Positions 30,250-42,801 of a stretch of 64,000 bases of DNA are shown in pieces. Every line of letters starts with the position of its first letter. The stretch's first letter is position 1. The DNA lies in contig JADHRW010000001.1 in the NCBI GenBank assembly GCA_016777225.1, positions 170,981-234,980 on the forward strand, written 5' to 3'. A program made the position numbers and the translations under genes. The notes below the pieces were generated by a model. That model saw nothing but the letters and a program-made list of their open reading frames with translations, did not search any database and was not told where the DNA came from. Source of the DNA: Candidatus Thalassarchaeum sp. GTDB taxonomy: Archaea; Thermoplasmatota; Poseidoniia; Poseidoniales; Thalassarchaeaceae.

Positions 30250-30981
30250 ATGGTGACTAGTGAACTTATTAAGGCCGCTTCTAGACTTAGAGATGATGTG
30301 GATTTGATAGGAAATAGATTAGTCAAAGAGGGGACTGTAGATTGCGTTTATAATCCTCTAATTTATGCATGGGAACCTCATAAAGCATTCATTGAATTAG
30401 GGGGAGGAAAAGGAGCACAAACTCTCCTTCTAGGAATGAATCCTGGTCCTCATGGAATGGGACAAATGGGGATTCCTTTTTCGGCTACAAGTATAGTTAG
30501 AGATTTACTTAAAATAAGAAACTTAGAAGTCAAACAACCTCGGAATATACATCCAAAAAGAGCTGTTAAAGGACTGGATTGGCATAAAGAAGAAATTTCA
30601 GGAACAAGGTTATGGAATTTACTTGAAAGCGAATACGGTAATGCTGAAAATATATTTTCTAATGTATTCATAGTAAATCATTGTCCTTTAATGTTGTTTA
30701 AAGGAGAAAGAGCAATAAATATTACTCCAGATAAAATATCTGGAGAAAATACTAGAAGATTAATAGAAAGATGCGACCAACATCTAAGAGAAGTTGTAGA
30801 AATAATGGGTATAAAAAAAGTAATTGGTGTAGGTAAATATGCTGAAAAAAGAGCCACTGAGGTATTCAAAGAGATGAATATTCAAATTACTGGTTGTTGG
30901 CATCCATCTCCAGCATCACCCCTAGCTAATAGAAATAAAGGGGAAGATTGGAGAAATAATATTAGATCAGTTTTACCGTGA
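30250..30981 (+). CDS. SMUG1-type (family 3) uracil-DNA glycosylase
   Basis: VYNPL.YAW, LGMNPGPHGMGQMGIPF, EISGTRLW, NHCPL, NITPDK, HPSPASP. Confidence 0.88.
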   Translation: MVTSELIKAASRLRDDVDLIGNRLVKEGTVDCVYNPLIYAWEPHKAFIELGGGKGAQTLLLGMNPGPHGMGQMGIPFSATSIVRDLLKIRNLEVKQPRNIHPKRAVKGLDWHKEEISGTRLWNLLESEYGNAENIFSNVFIVNHCPLMLFKGERAINITPDKISGENTRRLIERCDQHLREVVEIMGIKKVIGVGKYAEKRATEVFKEMNIQITGCWHPSPASPLANRNKGEDWRNNIRSVLP

Positions 30982-31069
30982 AATATTCAATTAGAGTGTT
31001 GTAAATAATACCTGATGTCAATAATTACACTAGTAAACAATTAAGGCGAAACATCGACTGTCCAGTCTC

Positions 31070-32851
31070 ATGTCTGCAATGACCACCCCCGAATACCTGA
31101 TGGCGAACGCAAAGAATTATGCAAATGACAAAGCAATTTCTACAAAGAATTCTGATGGAGAATGGAATCATATTAGTTGGAGTGATTTCCATGACCAAAC
31201 TGCATCTGTTGCTAAATCATTAATCGCTATGGGATTCGAGGAAGGCGATAAATTAAGCATTTATTCATACAATAGAGTGGAATGGTATACATCTTATCAC
31301 GCTGCAAATATGTGTAACGGAGCAGCGGTTGGTGTCTACCATACTTGTTCTCCAGAAGAGGTTGAATGGGTGGTTGGAAATTCAGATTCAAAAGTTGTAT
31401 TTGTAGGAGATAATCCTATGGATGGAGGGAATACAGGTAAAATGTGTGCCCATAGATTACATGCAATAATGGATAAATTAGACAAAGTAGAAGCAGTAGT
31501 TGTAATGGATGGAGTTGATATGCCGGAACATCCAAAATGTATTTCTTGGTCTGAGTTCATAGAAAAAGGATCAGAAGTTGATTACTCAGAAATAGAAAAG
31601 AGAGTTAGTAACATTACCCCCGAAGACACATTTACTTTAATCTACACATCAGGTACAACTGGCCAGCCAAAGGGAGTAGAACTGAGTCATGATAATATAG
31701 ATTTCGAGTTAGCAGAAGTTTGGAAATTACAAGAGTTTGAAAGAGGATGGGGTTATGTTTCATGGCTACCTTGCGCTCATGTATTTGGACAATTAGTAGA
31801 CTGTCATGCACACATCAGGTGGGGACTTCACATGACTGTTGTTGATGCACCATTAAATGTCATAGATTATGCTAAAGAAGTACAACCTCATCTATTTATT
31901 GGAGTACCTAGAATCTATGAGAAGGTTTACAGTAATCTAGTTGCAAAACTAGGAGGTAAAGTAAAATTAGCTAAACTACCTATTATCGGCGGAATTATCA
32001 AAAAGAAGGCTAAAGAAGCAATTGGGATGTCAAATTGTGTATATGCAATTACTGGTGCCGCACCAATTAATCCTGATATTTTGAAATTATTCCATACGCT
32101 TGATATTCCTTTGTACGAAGGATATGGTATGACTGAAACTACAGCAGGTGCAAGTCTTGGATTCAAGAAAAATCACAAATTTGGGACTGTAGGTAAACCT
32201 TTCACAGGAACTGAGCTAAGGATTTCAGAATCTGGAGAAATTCTCTTCAGAGGAAGGCACGTCATGAAAGGATACTACAAAAATCCGGAGGCTACTGCAG
32301 ATACAATTGATTCTGAGGGATGGTTGCATTCTGGAGATAAAGGTGAAATTGATGCAGACGGATATGTTAAGATCACTGGAAGAATCAAGGAACTATATGT
32401 GAGCTCAGGAGGTAAAAATATTGCACCATTAGTCATTGAAGAAACAATGAAGTCAATACCTATGGTATCTCAATGTATGCTTATTGGAGATGGGAGAAAA
32501 TACTGTAGTGCATTATTTACTTTAGATATTGGAGCAATTTTAAGAGATAAACATGGCATGGACCCTGCGAAAATACCAAAAGACCCTGCAGTACAAATAA
32601 CAACTCTCGAAGGCTTCGGAAAAACAGTATCTGACTATACAGATAGTGAAGAAATATTTAATGAAATGCAAGCGGAAGTGACTAGACTTAATGGACAATT
32701 CAGCAATCCAGAACAAATAAAGAAATTCACAATTTTGCCTAGAGATTTAAATGTAGATTTTGGCGAATTAACTCCTACTCTGAAAATTAGAAGAATACAA
32801 ATTAGAGAAAATTGGTCTGCTGAAATTGAAGCAATGTATGAAGGCGCTTGA
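31070..32851 (+). CDS. Long-chain fatty acid--CoA ligase
   Basis: IYTSGTTGQPKG, GVPRIYEK, EGYGMTE, GWLHSGD, ITGRIKE, SGGKNIAP, ELTPTLK. Confidence 0.92.
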   Translation: MSAMTTPEYLMANAKNYANDKAISTKNSDGEWNHISWSDFHDQTASVAKSLIAMGFEEGDKLSIYSYNRVEWYTSYHAANMCNGAAVGVYHTCSPEEVEWVVGNSDSKVVFVGDNPMDGGNTGKMCAHRLHAIMDKLDKVEAVVVMDGVDMPEHPKCISWSEFIEKGSEVDYSEIEKRVSNITPEDTFTLIYTSGTTGQPKGVELSHDNIDFELAEVWKLQEFERGWGYVSWLPCAHVFGQLVDCHAHIRWGLHMTVVDAPLNVIDYAKEVQPHLFIGVPRIYEKVYSNLVAKLGGKVKLAKLPIIGGIIKKKAKEAIGMSNCVYAITGAAPINPDILKLFHTLDIPLYEGYGMTETTAGASLGFKKNHKFGTVGKPFTGTELRISESGEILFRGRHVMKGYYKNPEATADTIDSEGWLHSGDKGEIDADGYVKITGRIKELYVSSGGKNIAPLVIEETMKSIPMVSQCMLIGDGRKYCSALFTLDIGAILRDKHGMDPAKIPKDPAVQITTLEGFGKTVSDYTDSEEIFNEMQAEVTRLNGQFSNPEQIKKFTILPRDLNVDFGELTPTLKIRRIQIRENWSAEIEAMYEGA

Positions 32852-32865
32852 AAAGCGGTGACACA

Positions 32866-33489
32866 ATGACACCTGAAGCATGGGTTGCCCTGGCGACAGT
32901 TTTTTGTCTCGGAGCAATGAGTCCAGGGCCTTCTTTAGCTGTAGTTCTACGTAATACCTTAGCAGGGGGAAGAACACAGGGGGTAATGACTGGAGTAGGG
33001 CATGGCATTGGATTTGGAATTTATGCATTCCTTGCAGCAGGAGCTTTTGCTACTGCAATATCTATACATGAAACAGCCGAAAATGGACTTAAATGGGCAG
33101 GAGTATGTATTCTTATTTGGCTCGGATATAGTTTCCTTAATCATGCAAGAAAAGGACCTTCAGAATCTCTTGATGAAGAGCATAAAGAAGCAATGAATAA
33201 ACAAGGATTTATTCAAGGATTTTCGATTGCATTATTGAATCCAAAGATTTTAGCTTGGATGTTAGCACTTTATACACCATTTATTGAAGATAATGTGAGT
33301 CTTGAAACACTTCTGGGAATGGGAGCTTTGGGCATGATTATTGATGGCACTTGGTACGTAACTGTAGCGATGTTATTAACAACAGGGGGGCGAGTAGAAA
33401 AACTAAGATCTATTTCACATATTATTGATGGTGCAATGGGTTTACTGATGTTTGTATTTGCAGGACTAATGGTTGGAGGAGTAATATAA
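32866..33489 (+). CDS. LysE/RhtB family translocator
   Basis: SPGPS and LLNPK motifs, about 6 TMs. Confidence 0.88.
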   Translation: MTPEAWVALATVFCLGAMSPGPSLAVVLRNTLAGGRTQGVMTGVGHGIGFGIYAFLAAGAFATAISIHETAENGLKWAGVCILIWLGYSFLNHARKGPSESLDEEHKEAMNKQGFIQGFSIALLNPKILAWMLALYTPFIEDNVSLETLLGMGALGMIIDGTWYVTVAMLLTTGGRVEKLRSISHIIDGAMGLLMFVFAGLMVGGVI

Positions 33490-34278
33490 TTACCAACTAT
33501 CAAAAAACAGGAATGCGAGGAATAATATAGAAAAACAGAAGGAAACGGGAGCTACAATAATTCCACCAAGTAACCCAAATCCTAAAGATTTATTTTTCTT
33601 AACAAAACTCCAAATTACAATAATAAGATAGAATATAGGAATCAATATAGGTAAGAAACTCAGAAGTATTGAATCAAGTGACATATCTGAATCACCGTAT
33701 ACAAAAGCTTCAGAGATTTGTTCATCAGAATCCGTAGCATAAATAAAATTTTTACTAGAAATCTGCAAATAAGTGTTAGTATTTTCCAATGAACCTTGAC
33801 ATTCCATTGAGTACCAAAGATCACCTTCATCAGATTCAATCAGAGTAAACATCAGGTCCATATCAAAATAACAATAACCCCAAAAACCGTCAGAATCATA
33901 GCTATTTATGCTTGTATCAAACCAATAATCATTATCATCAATTTCATATATATCTATATCTGGAATATCAAAAAATACTTCCCAAGTATTGTATTCTTCA
34001 CCAGAAATAAGTACGGTTCCCGAATCATAGTTATCAGAAAAATAGTGACTATCATCATAATAAGTGTCATTTTGAGCATCTTCAGATAATATTGTGCTTA
34101 AAGCTATTATAAATCCAGCAAAAATTGGAATTAGAAGTAATCCAATAAAAAATTGTGACCATATGAATCTATTTGGATCTTCAGGAGTAATGGAGAATGA
34201 GGAAGAAGAGCCTGAAATAGAACCTACATTACCAGTAAATACATTACCTGAATTAGAGGATTTGGGGTCGTCAATCAT
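33490..34278 (-). CDS. Membrane protein with acidic extracellular domain
   Basis: N-terminal TM, Asp/Tyr-rich central region, two C-terminal TMs. Confidence 0.55.
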   Translation of the reverse strand: MIDDPKSSNSGNVFTGNVGSISGSSSSFSITPEDPNRFIWSQFFIGLLLIPIFAGFIIALSTILSEDAQNDTYYDDSHYFSDNYDSGTVLISGEEYNTWEVFFDIPDIDIYEIDDNDYWFDTSINSYDSDGFWGYCYFDMDLMFTLIESDEGDLWYSMECQGSLENTNTYLQISSKNFIYATDSDEQISEAFVYGDSDMSLDSILLSFLPILIPIFYLIIVIWSFVKKNKSLGFGLLGGIIVAPVSFCFSILFLAFLFFDSW

Positions 34279-34337
34279 AATTTCAAACCTTGGGACAGTA
34301 CATCATTTGAGAAATCTTTGCCATAATAATTTATTTT

Positions 34338-34799
34338 TCATACGAATACAAATGGTAAATGTAATAATAAATCTAGAACTATCGCTAGAGCTCCTGCTTC
34401 AGAAGAAGGACTGTTACTAGTATTTCCACTAGGTGGAGAAAGTCGTTGTAGTTCCCCAGCATCAAGCCAGATAGAAGAGCAATTGGGACAACCATCTATT
34501 TCAATTAGTTCGGTTAATGAACCATCGATTTTTCTAAATGCAAAGTCTCGAACTTTCATCTCAGAATCACAAAATGGACAACAAATATCCAATGAAATAC
34601 CCTCATCTTTGAAACCATCATGTATCATTTCTAGTTTTTTAATACAAATCTCAGATGAGGCTGCATTGGGATTCAATGCTAAGCCCGAGCAAGTTGGGCA
34701 ATGAGAAATACCATTTCGTAAAAACACAGATTTCTGGCTATTATCTGGAGAAACTAATGCGCTACCGTCTCTTGGACAGTGTAGAATACTAGACACCAC
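34338..34799 (-). CDS. Double zf-TFIIB-like zinc-ribbon protein
   Basis: CPRD..CPTC and CPFC...IDGCPNCSSIWLDAGEL; GTG 34799 has TTGAA at -30..-26. Confidence 0.7.
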   Translation of the reverse strand: MVSSILHCPRDGSALVSPDNSQKSVFLRNGISHCPTCSGLALNPNAASSEICIKKLEMIHDGFKDEGISLDICCPFCDSEMKVRDFAFRKIDGSLTELIEIDGCPNCSSIWLDAGELQRLSPPSGNTSNSPSSEAGALAIVLDLLLHLPFVFV

Positions 34800-35015
34800 A
34801 TTGTATTCGAATAAATCACACCTATTCAAGACTTACCCGGATTGACTCGAAAAACACAAATTTATTACCCAATTCAATACTTTACTAAATAAAAATTTAG
34901 GGTTTATAAATTACATTAAAAAAATGCAGAAAATAGTTAAATAATGATAAATATCTATTGAAAATAATGAATAATTTACTCAAAAAATGAAAAAATATCA
35001 ATCGGCGGATTAAAT

Positions 35016-35032
35016 GGGACACTTAGTGTCCC
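35016..35032. promoter_or_regulatory. Inverted repeat GGGACACT-T-AGTGTCCC between TATA-like ATTAAA and the icmF start (putative operator)
   Basis: Perfect 8-bp arms seen directly, 6 nt before ATG 35039. Confidence 0.55.
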
Positions 35033-35038
35033 GAGTTC

Positions 35039-38000
35039 ATGCCAAACTCTGCCGAGACAGGTGGAACTCCGCTAAGAATCATTACAGCAGCCGCTATATT
35101 TGATGGCCACGATGCAGCGATTGGAATTTTTAGACGTATATTCCAGTCAATGGGATGTGAAGTAATTCATTTAGGACATGACAGAGGTGCGGATGAAGTT
35201 GCCAAAGCTGCAATTCAAGAGGATGCACATTGTGTTGCAATTACTTCATACCAAGGTGGAGCTGTTGAAATGTTCACTCATACTAAACAAATTTTAGACA
35301 AAGCCGGCTTCAGCCATGTTAGTTTAGTAGGAGGTGGAGGAGGAACTATACTCCCACGTGAAATACAACATTTACTTGATTCTAATATTGCTAAAATATA
35401 TTCTCCCGAAGATGGAAGAGAATTAGGCCTTACGGGAATGGTATCGGATGCGATACAAAGAGCTTCGAAAAATAATTTATTAGATCCTGAAAGATTTGAG
35501 TCAATGAAAAAACCAATTACTGCAAACAACCAGGGGGATGTATCAAAATTACTTACATTAGCTGAAAATGCAGATGAAAACACATTTAATAAAATCTTAG
35601 AACAAGTTCGATCAACCGATGGTTCAAACTGCCCGGTTGTAGGATTGACTGGCACTGGAGGAGCCGGAAAATCAAGCCTCACTGATGAATTGATGTTAAG
35701 GATACAAAGAGATAATCCGGGAACTAAAATCGCTCTACTAGCAACAGACCCTACTCGTAAAAGAACTGGAGGTGCATTACTAGGAGATAGAATTAGAATG
35801 AATTCATTATCTGATGAAAATCTATTCATGCGCTCATTTGCTAGTAGAGATAGCGGTAGAGAGATTGCGGATTGTATAGGACGCTCTATCGAAGCCTGTA
35901 AGGCAGTTGGATTTGACCTTGTAGTTGTTGAAACTAGTGGAATTGGGCAAGGTAATGATGCAATTACAGAAGTTGCTGATCTTTCTTTGTATGTAACTAC
36001 AAGAGAATATGGAGCACCTAGTCAACTGGAAAAGTTAGAAATGTTAGATTCAGCAGATATTGTAGTTCTGAATAAATTCGATAGGCCAGGAGCAGAAGAT
36101 GCACTAGCAGAAATCCGTAAACAATTCAAAAGAAACAGAGAGATGTGGGATGCAGATAATTCAGAACTTCCGGTAGTTCCAACCATTGCCAGTCAATTTG
36201 CTGATGCCGGAGTCGACCAACTTTGGGAGAAATTATGTATTTTATTAAATGAAAAATATTCACAGTCATTTTCTGCTGCAGAACCTAGATTAGGAGCGGA
36301 TGGTCTCCCACATCGTTCATCTCCTATACCTCCAGAAAGACAAGGATACTTGGCTGAGGTCTCAAGTTCTATCAGAAATTATCATACAAGAACAGAAGAG
36401 GTTTCTTCGAAGATGAGACTAGTTCAACAGTTGGAAGCGGCATCAGAACAAATGAAATCAAAGAAGAATAAAGTTGCGTTAGAAGAGCTCAAAAAAGAAG
36501 CAAATATGATTCGCTCAGAAATACCCGAGAGCGCTTGGAAAAGTTTGGATAATTTTAGATTTAAAGCAGAAGAGTATCGCTCAGGAGCAACTAGTTACAC
36601 AGTAAGAAATAAAGAAATTCCTGTAAAAACCACCAAAACTACCCTTTCGGGATTAGATCTACCAAGAGTAGCATTGCCTGATTATAGCGATTGGGGAGAT
36701 ACTTTACAGTGGATTAGAAAAGAGAATATACCAGGTTCATTCCCATATACAGGAGGAGTATTTCCCTTCAAGAGACAAGATGAGCTACCTGTCAGAATGT
36801 TTGCTGGAGAGGGGAGCGCAGAGAGAACAAATAAGAGATATCACTTCCTTTCTAAAGACCAAGATTTCAATAGGCTATCAGTTGCATTCGATTCTCCCAG
36901 CTTATACGGAAATGATCCTCAAGAGAGGTTAGATATTTTTGGAAAGGTTTGTGAAAGTGGAGTTTCAATAAGTACTGTAGATGAGATGGAGAAGTTATTC
37001 GAGGGATTTGATTTGTGTGCTCCTAATACCTCAGTATCGAAAACTATCAATGGAAATTATTGGTGGCATCTTGCTGCTTTCTTTAATGTGGCAATTAGAC
37101 AACAGGTAAAGAAGTTCGAAGAAGAGAATGGACGCAAACCAAATGAGAAAGAACATGTAAAGATTAAGAATAGAACTCTGAGTACTGTTAGAGGGACTGT
37201 TCAAGCGGATCAATTGAAAGAATCTATGGGTCAGAATACACTGGTATTCAATCTCGATACGGCATTGAGAATGATGGGGGATGTTGCTGAGTTCTATGTA
37301 GATAATGAAGTAAGGAACCATTATTTCGTTTCAATTTCAGGATATCATATTGCTGAAGCAGGGGCAAATCCAATTTCTCAAGCAGCACTCACACTATCCA
37401 ATGGTTTGACATATGTTGAATTATTCAATTCAAGAGGATTAGATGCTAATAAGTTCTTGAGGAACTTCAGTTGGTTCTTCTCCAATGGTATGGATCCCGA
37501 GTATGCAGTAATTGGTAGAGTGTGTAGAAGAATCTGGGCTATTGCTATGCGTGATATGTACGGAGTTGATGATCGTAGTCAGAAACTCAAATATCACATA
37601 CAGAGTAGTGGCAGATCACTGCATGCTCAAGAATATACTTGGAATGATTATCGTACAACATTACAAGCACTTTATGCACTTGCAGATAATGCAAATTCAT
37701 TACATACAAATTCTCGTGATGAGGCGTTTGGAACACCTACAGAAGATACTGTAAGAGATGCTGTAGCAATTCAACTAATTCTATCAAAAGAATACGGTTG
37801 GTTACAAAATGAAAATCCTCTGCAAGGATCACATATAGCTGACTGGCTGACTGATTCTGTAGAAGAAGAGATTCTGAAAATTTTCGAAGAAATGCATAGA
37901 CGAGGAGGAGTTCTTGGGGCTCTAGAAGTTAATTATCAGAGAAATCGAATACAAGATGAGTCGATGATTTATGAGCATAGAAAGCACTCGGGAGAGTTAC

Positions 38001-38299
38001 CAATTATTGGAGTTAACACTTTTGAAGAAGGTGTAGATAATTCATTATCAGTGGAAGAATTTGATATCGAAGTTACACGATCTGATAAAGAGGAAAGAAT
38101 GATGGTTATAGAGAGGAATAGAGCATTCAAAAAAGTACATTCTAAAGAAGCAGAAGAAGGATTAGAAAGACTCAAAAAAGTAGCAAGAGAAGGTGGAAAT
38201 CTGTTTGAAGTCATGATGGACATTGTAGAACATTGCACCGTTGGACAAGTGACACAAGCACTTTTCGAGACTGGCGGAAAGTTCCGTAGAAATATGTAA
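35039..38299 (+). CDS. icmF: Fused B12-dependent acyl-CoA mutase/MeaB-type GTPase (IcmF-like)
   Basis: N-terminal FDGHDAA B12 motif, GTGGAGKSS, LLGDRIRMN, ETSGIGQ, NKFD, RMFAGEG, ISGYHIAEAGA, SGRSLHAQE. Confidence 0.92.
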   Translation: MPNSAETGGTPLRIITAAAIFDGHDAAIGIFRRIFQSMGCEVIHLGHDRGADEVAKAAIQEDAHCVAITSYQGGAVEMFTHTKQILDKAGFSHVSLVGGGGGTILPREIQHLLDSNIAKIYSPEDGRELGLTGMVSDAIQRASKNNLLDPERFESMKKPITANNQGDVSKLLTLAENADENTFNKILEQVRSTDGSNCPVVGLTGTGGAGKSSLTDELMLRIQRDNPGTKIALLATDPTRKRTGGALLGDRIRMNSLSDENLFMRSFASRDSGREIADCIGRSIEACKAVGFDLVVVETSGIGQGNDAITEVADLSLYVTTREYGAPSQLEKLEMLDSADIVVLNKFDRPGAEDALAEIRKQFKRNREMWDADNSELPVVPTIASQFADAGVDQLWEKLCILLNEKYSQSFSAAEPRLGADGLPHRSSPIPPERQGYLAEVSSSIRNYHTRTEEVSSKMRLVQQLEAASEQMKSKKNKVALEELKKEANMIRSEIPESAWKSLDNFRFKAEEYRSGATSYTVRNKEIPVKTTKTTLSGLDLPRVALPDYSDWGDTLQWIRKENIPGSFPYTGGVFPFKRQDELPVRMFAGEGSAERTNKRYHFLSKDQDFNRLSVAFDSPSLYGNDPQERLDIFGKVCESGVSISTVDEMEKLFEGFDLCAPNTSVSKTINGNYWWHLAAFFNVAIRQQVKKFEEENGRKPNEKEHVKIKNRTLSTVRGTVQADQLKESMGQNTLVFNLDTALRMMGDVAEFYVDNEVRNHYFVSISGYHIAEAGANPISQAALTLSNGLTYVELFNSRGLDANKFLRNFSWFFSNGMDPEYAVIGRVCRRIWAIAMRDMYGVDDRSQKLKYHIQSSGRSLHAQEYTWNDYRTTLQALYALADNANSLHTNSRDEAFGTPTEDTVRDAVAIQLILSKEYGWLQNENPLQGSHIADWLTDSVEEEILKIFEEMHRRGGVLGALEVNYQRNRIQDESMIYEHRKHSGELPIIGVNTFEEGVDNSLSVEEFDIEVTRSDKEERMMVIERNRAFKKVHSKEAEEGLERLKKVAREGGNLFEVMMDIVEHCTVGQVTQALFETGGKFRRNM

Positions 38300-38353
38300 A
38301 ATTACCGTGTTAAATCAAGGATAACTTGTAGAATCATTAATACATTAAATTAG

Positions 38354-40510
<2,157 letters not shown>

Positions 40511-40529
40511 AAAGATAATTGCTTTACTT

Positions 40530-41186
40530 TCATTCAAGATATTTGTAAATATAGGTTGCAGAAATAGCACCTAAAGTCTGTGGTCCAATATGGAGTAATA
40601 TTATTTCTGTAAGTTTTAACTTACCGACTGCAACTAATGATATTGAGACTGCAGGATTAAATGACGCCATTGAGACCACTCCTACAGTAAGAGAACCGGC
40701 AAATACAACAGATGCTATTGCAAAACCAAAGTAGTGATTTCCAGCTGTTTTATCAGAAATAGCCACATTTAAAATCACAAACACTAAAGCAAAAGTAAAC
40801 AGAAATTCTGCTAATATTATAGAAACGACGTCATGATTAGACATCAATGACATAGACTCAAGTGGAATTTGGTACTCTTCTGTATAGATATATATCGAAG
40901 TAAAAGCGCCGGTTATTCCGGCAATAATTTGAACAACAGAATATGGAATGATTTCAGATCTCTCAGTAGCACCTCTAATCCAGAGGCTAAGCGTCACTAC
41001 TGGATTGAAATGTGCACCTGATACATGGCGAAGTGCGTATATCATGACCATTAAAGTTCCAGCAACGGGAAATGCAGGATGAACTCCTTGCGAAGCCCCA
41101 AATACTGCTGTTAAACAAATAGATAATACCATGAAAAAAGTACCAATGAATTCAGCAGTTAATTTTTGCTTCAACGTATATGGCAT
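40530..41186 (-). CDS. Aquaporin/MIP family channel
   Basis: AEFIGTF, SGAHFNPV, SFNPAV. Confidence 0.9.
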   Translation of the reverse strand: MPYTLKQKLTAEFIGTFFMVLSICLTAVFGASQGVHPAFPVAGTLMVMIYALRHVSGAHFNPVVTLSLWIRGATERSEIIPYSVVQIIAGITGAFTSIYIYTEEYQIPLESMSLMSNHDVVSIILAEFLFTFALVFVILNVAISDKTAGNHYFGFAIASVVFAGSLTVGVVSMASFNPAVSISLVAVGKLKLTEIILLHIGPQTLGAISATYIYKYLE

Positions 41187-41228
41187 ATTCTTAGTTAGAC
41201 AACGGAATGTTCATTAATGTTATTCTAA

Positions 41229-41795
41229 TCATTCTTCATCAAAGAAGTTGTATGGCCTTTCAGGAGGTGGCGGAAGACGTAAATATTCAGCTGGTTTGGG
41301 ATTACTTAGTTCTATATCAGAAAAATCATGTAGAGTCTTCTGATGATTATCATCCCCACATAGAATTTTATCCTGAGAAAGTATCCATGCTAAGGTACGA
41401 TCATCCAGTTCAGATACTCTAATCCACAATTGATTAGGCATTGATTCAGACCATGGGAATATACCCAATTCAAAGGTATCAAAACCATCAATGACAGAAA
41501 AAACTCCTCTTAGAGCAGCGGGGGGGCTATTATAGCCAGATTTAGGTTTTACAGAAATAATATGCTCGAATTTGAACCAACCTCGTTGTTGTTTTTTCTT
41601 TGATGAAATTTCTATAAAAAACCCTGTTTCTAAAGCGATATTTTGCATCTTATTACGCCTTAATAAATTGACTAAACCTGTGGGTATACGACATTTTGGC
41701 ATTAACTTGACTTCTTCAAAAGTCCTACCAAATACAAATAATGCATCTTCTAATCCGTTGTTCTTTGTATATCCTCCAGATCGAACTAAAGTCAA
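41229..41795 (-). CDS. Hypothetical protein
   Basis: 188-aa ORF, TTG start with TTAA upstream; no family recognised. Confidence 0.5.
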   Translation of the reverse strand: MTLVRSGGYTKNNGLEDALFVFGRTFEEVKLMPKCRIPTGLVNLLRRNKMQNIALETGFFIEISSKKKQQRGWFKFEHIISVKPKSGYNSPPAALRGVFSVIDGFDTFELGIFPWSESMPNQLWIRVSELDDRTLAWILSQDKILCGDDNHQKTLHDFSDIELSNPKPAEYLRLPPPPERPYNFFDEE

Positions 41796-42032
41796 GCTCC
41801 AGATATTTTTTCTTATTCTATTAACTATTAAATCACTTCCTTATTTATAATTTATATTCTATCTAAATTAATAATTTAGATGTTCGGAAGTTAGACTTTT
41901 ATCCAAAATAAGTAGATCACGCTGCCGGACTTTTATGGTTAAATAGAGGGTAAATAATATTTTCTAATACCTTCTCCTAATACTCTAGGTTAAACAGAAT
42001 ATTATATTAGTTCCATACGAGTATAGGTTGTT

Positions 42033-42800
42033 ATGGTAGGAGTGAGAGAACGTGCTTTGGTGACCGGTGCTTCTAGTGGCATAGGTATGGAGATAGCAAG
42101 AATCCTAGCATCACAGAATTGTGACTTACTAATATGTGCTAGAAGAAAAAAAGAACTAGAAGATTTATCTAAAGAATTAACTAAGAAATACAATATTAAT
42201 TGCGAAGTCATCGTAGCTGATTTAACAACCGATAAGGGAATCAATAATTTAATTAAAAAAACTAAAAACATAGATATTTTAATAAATAATGCTGGTTTTG
42301 GTATTTTAGGCAACCATAATGAAATGCCATTAGACAGACAATTAGAAATGATTAATCTGAATATTCATGCACTAACAAGATTATCACATGAATTTGGAAA
42401 TCAGATGATAGTAAAAGGCAAAGGAAAGATCATGAATGTTGCCTCTATTGCAGCATATATCTCCGGCCCGGGATTTGCTGTTTACTGTGCAACTAAAGCA
42501 TATGTTCTGTCTTATTCTAGAGCATTGCACAAAGAACTCTCGAAGAAAGGTGTTTCTGTAACTGCACTTTGCCCGGGTTATGTAATAACAGGCTTCCAAG
42601 AAGTTGCAGGAATGAAACTGAGTAAAATGGAGAAAATTTCTGCAGTACCCGCGAACAAAGTTGCTGAAATAGCAATTAAATCAATGCGAAAAGGGAAAAG
42701 AGAAGTCATGCCTGGAATAATCAATAAACCATTACCGTTGGTGACAAAAATTACTCCTATGTGGTTACAATTAATGATTGTCAATAAAGTTTTGAAGTAA
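42033..42800 (+). CDS. Short-chain dehydrogenase/reductase
   Basis: TGASSGIG, NNAG, YCATK. Confidence 0.92.
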   Translation: MVGVRERALVTGASSGIGMEIARILASQNCDLLICARRKKELEDLSKELTKKYNINCEVIVADLTTDKGINNLIKKTKNIDILINNAGFGILGNHNEMPLDRQLEMINLNIHALTRLSHEFGNQMIVKGKGKIMNVASIAAYISGPGFAVYCATKAYVLSYSRALHKELSKKGVSVTALCPGYVITGFQEVAGMKLSKMEKISAVPANKVAEIAIKSMRKGKREVMPGIINKPLPLVTKITPMWLQLMIVNKVLK

Positions 42801-42801
42801 T

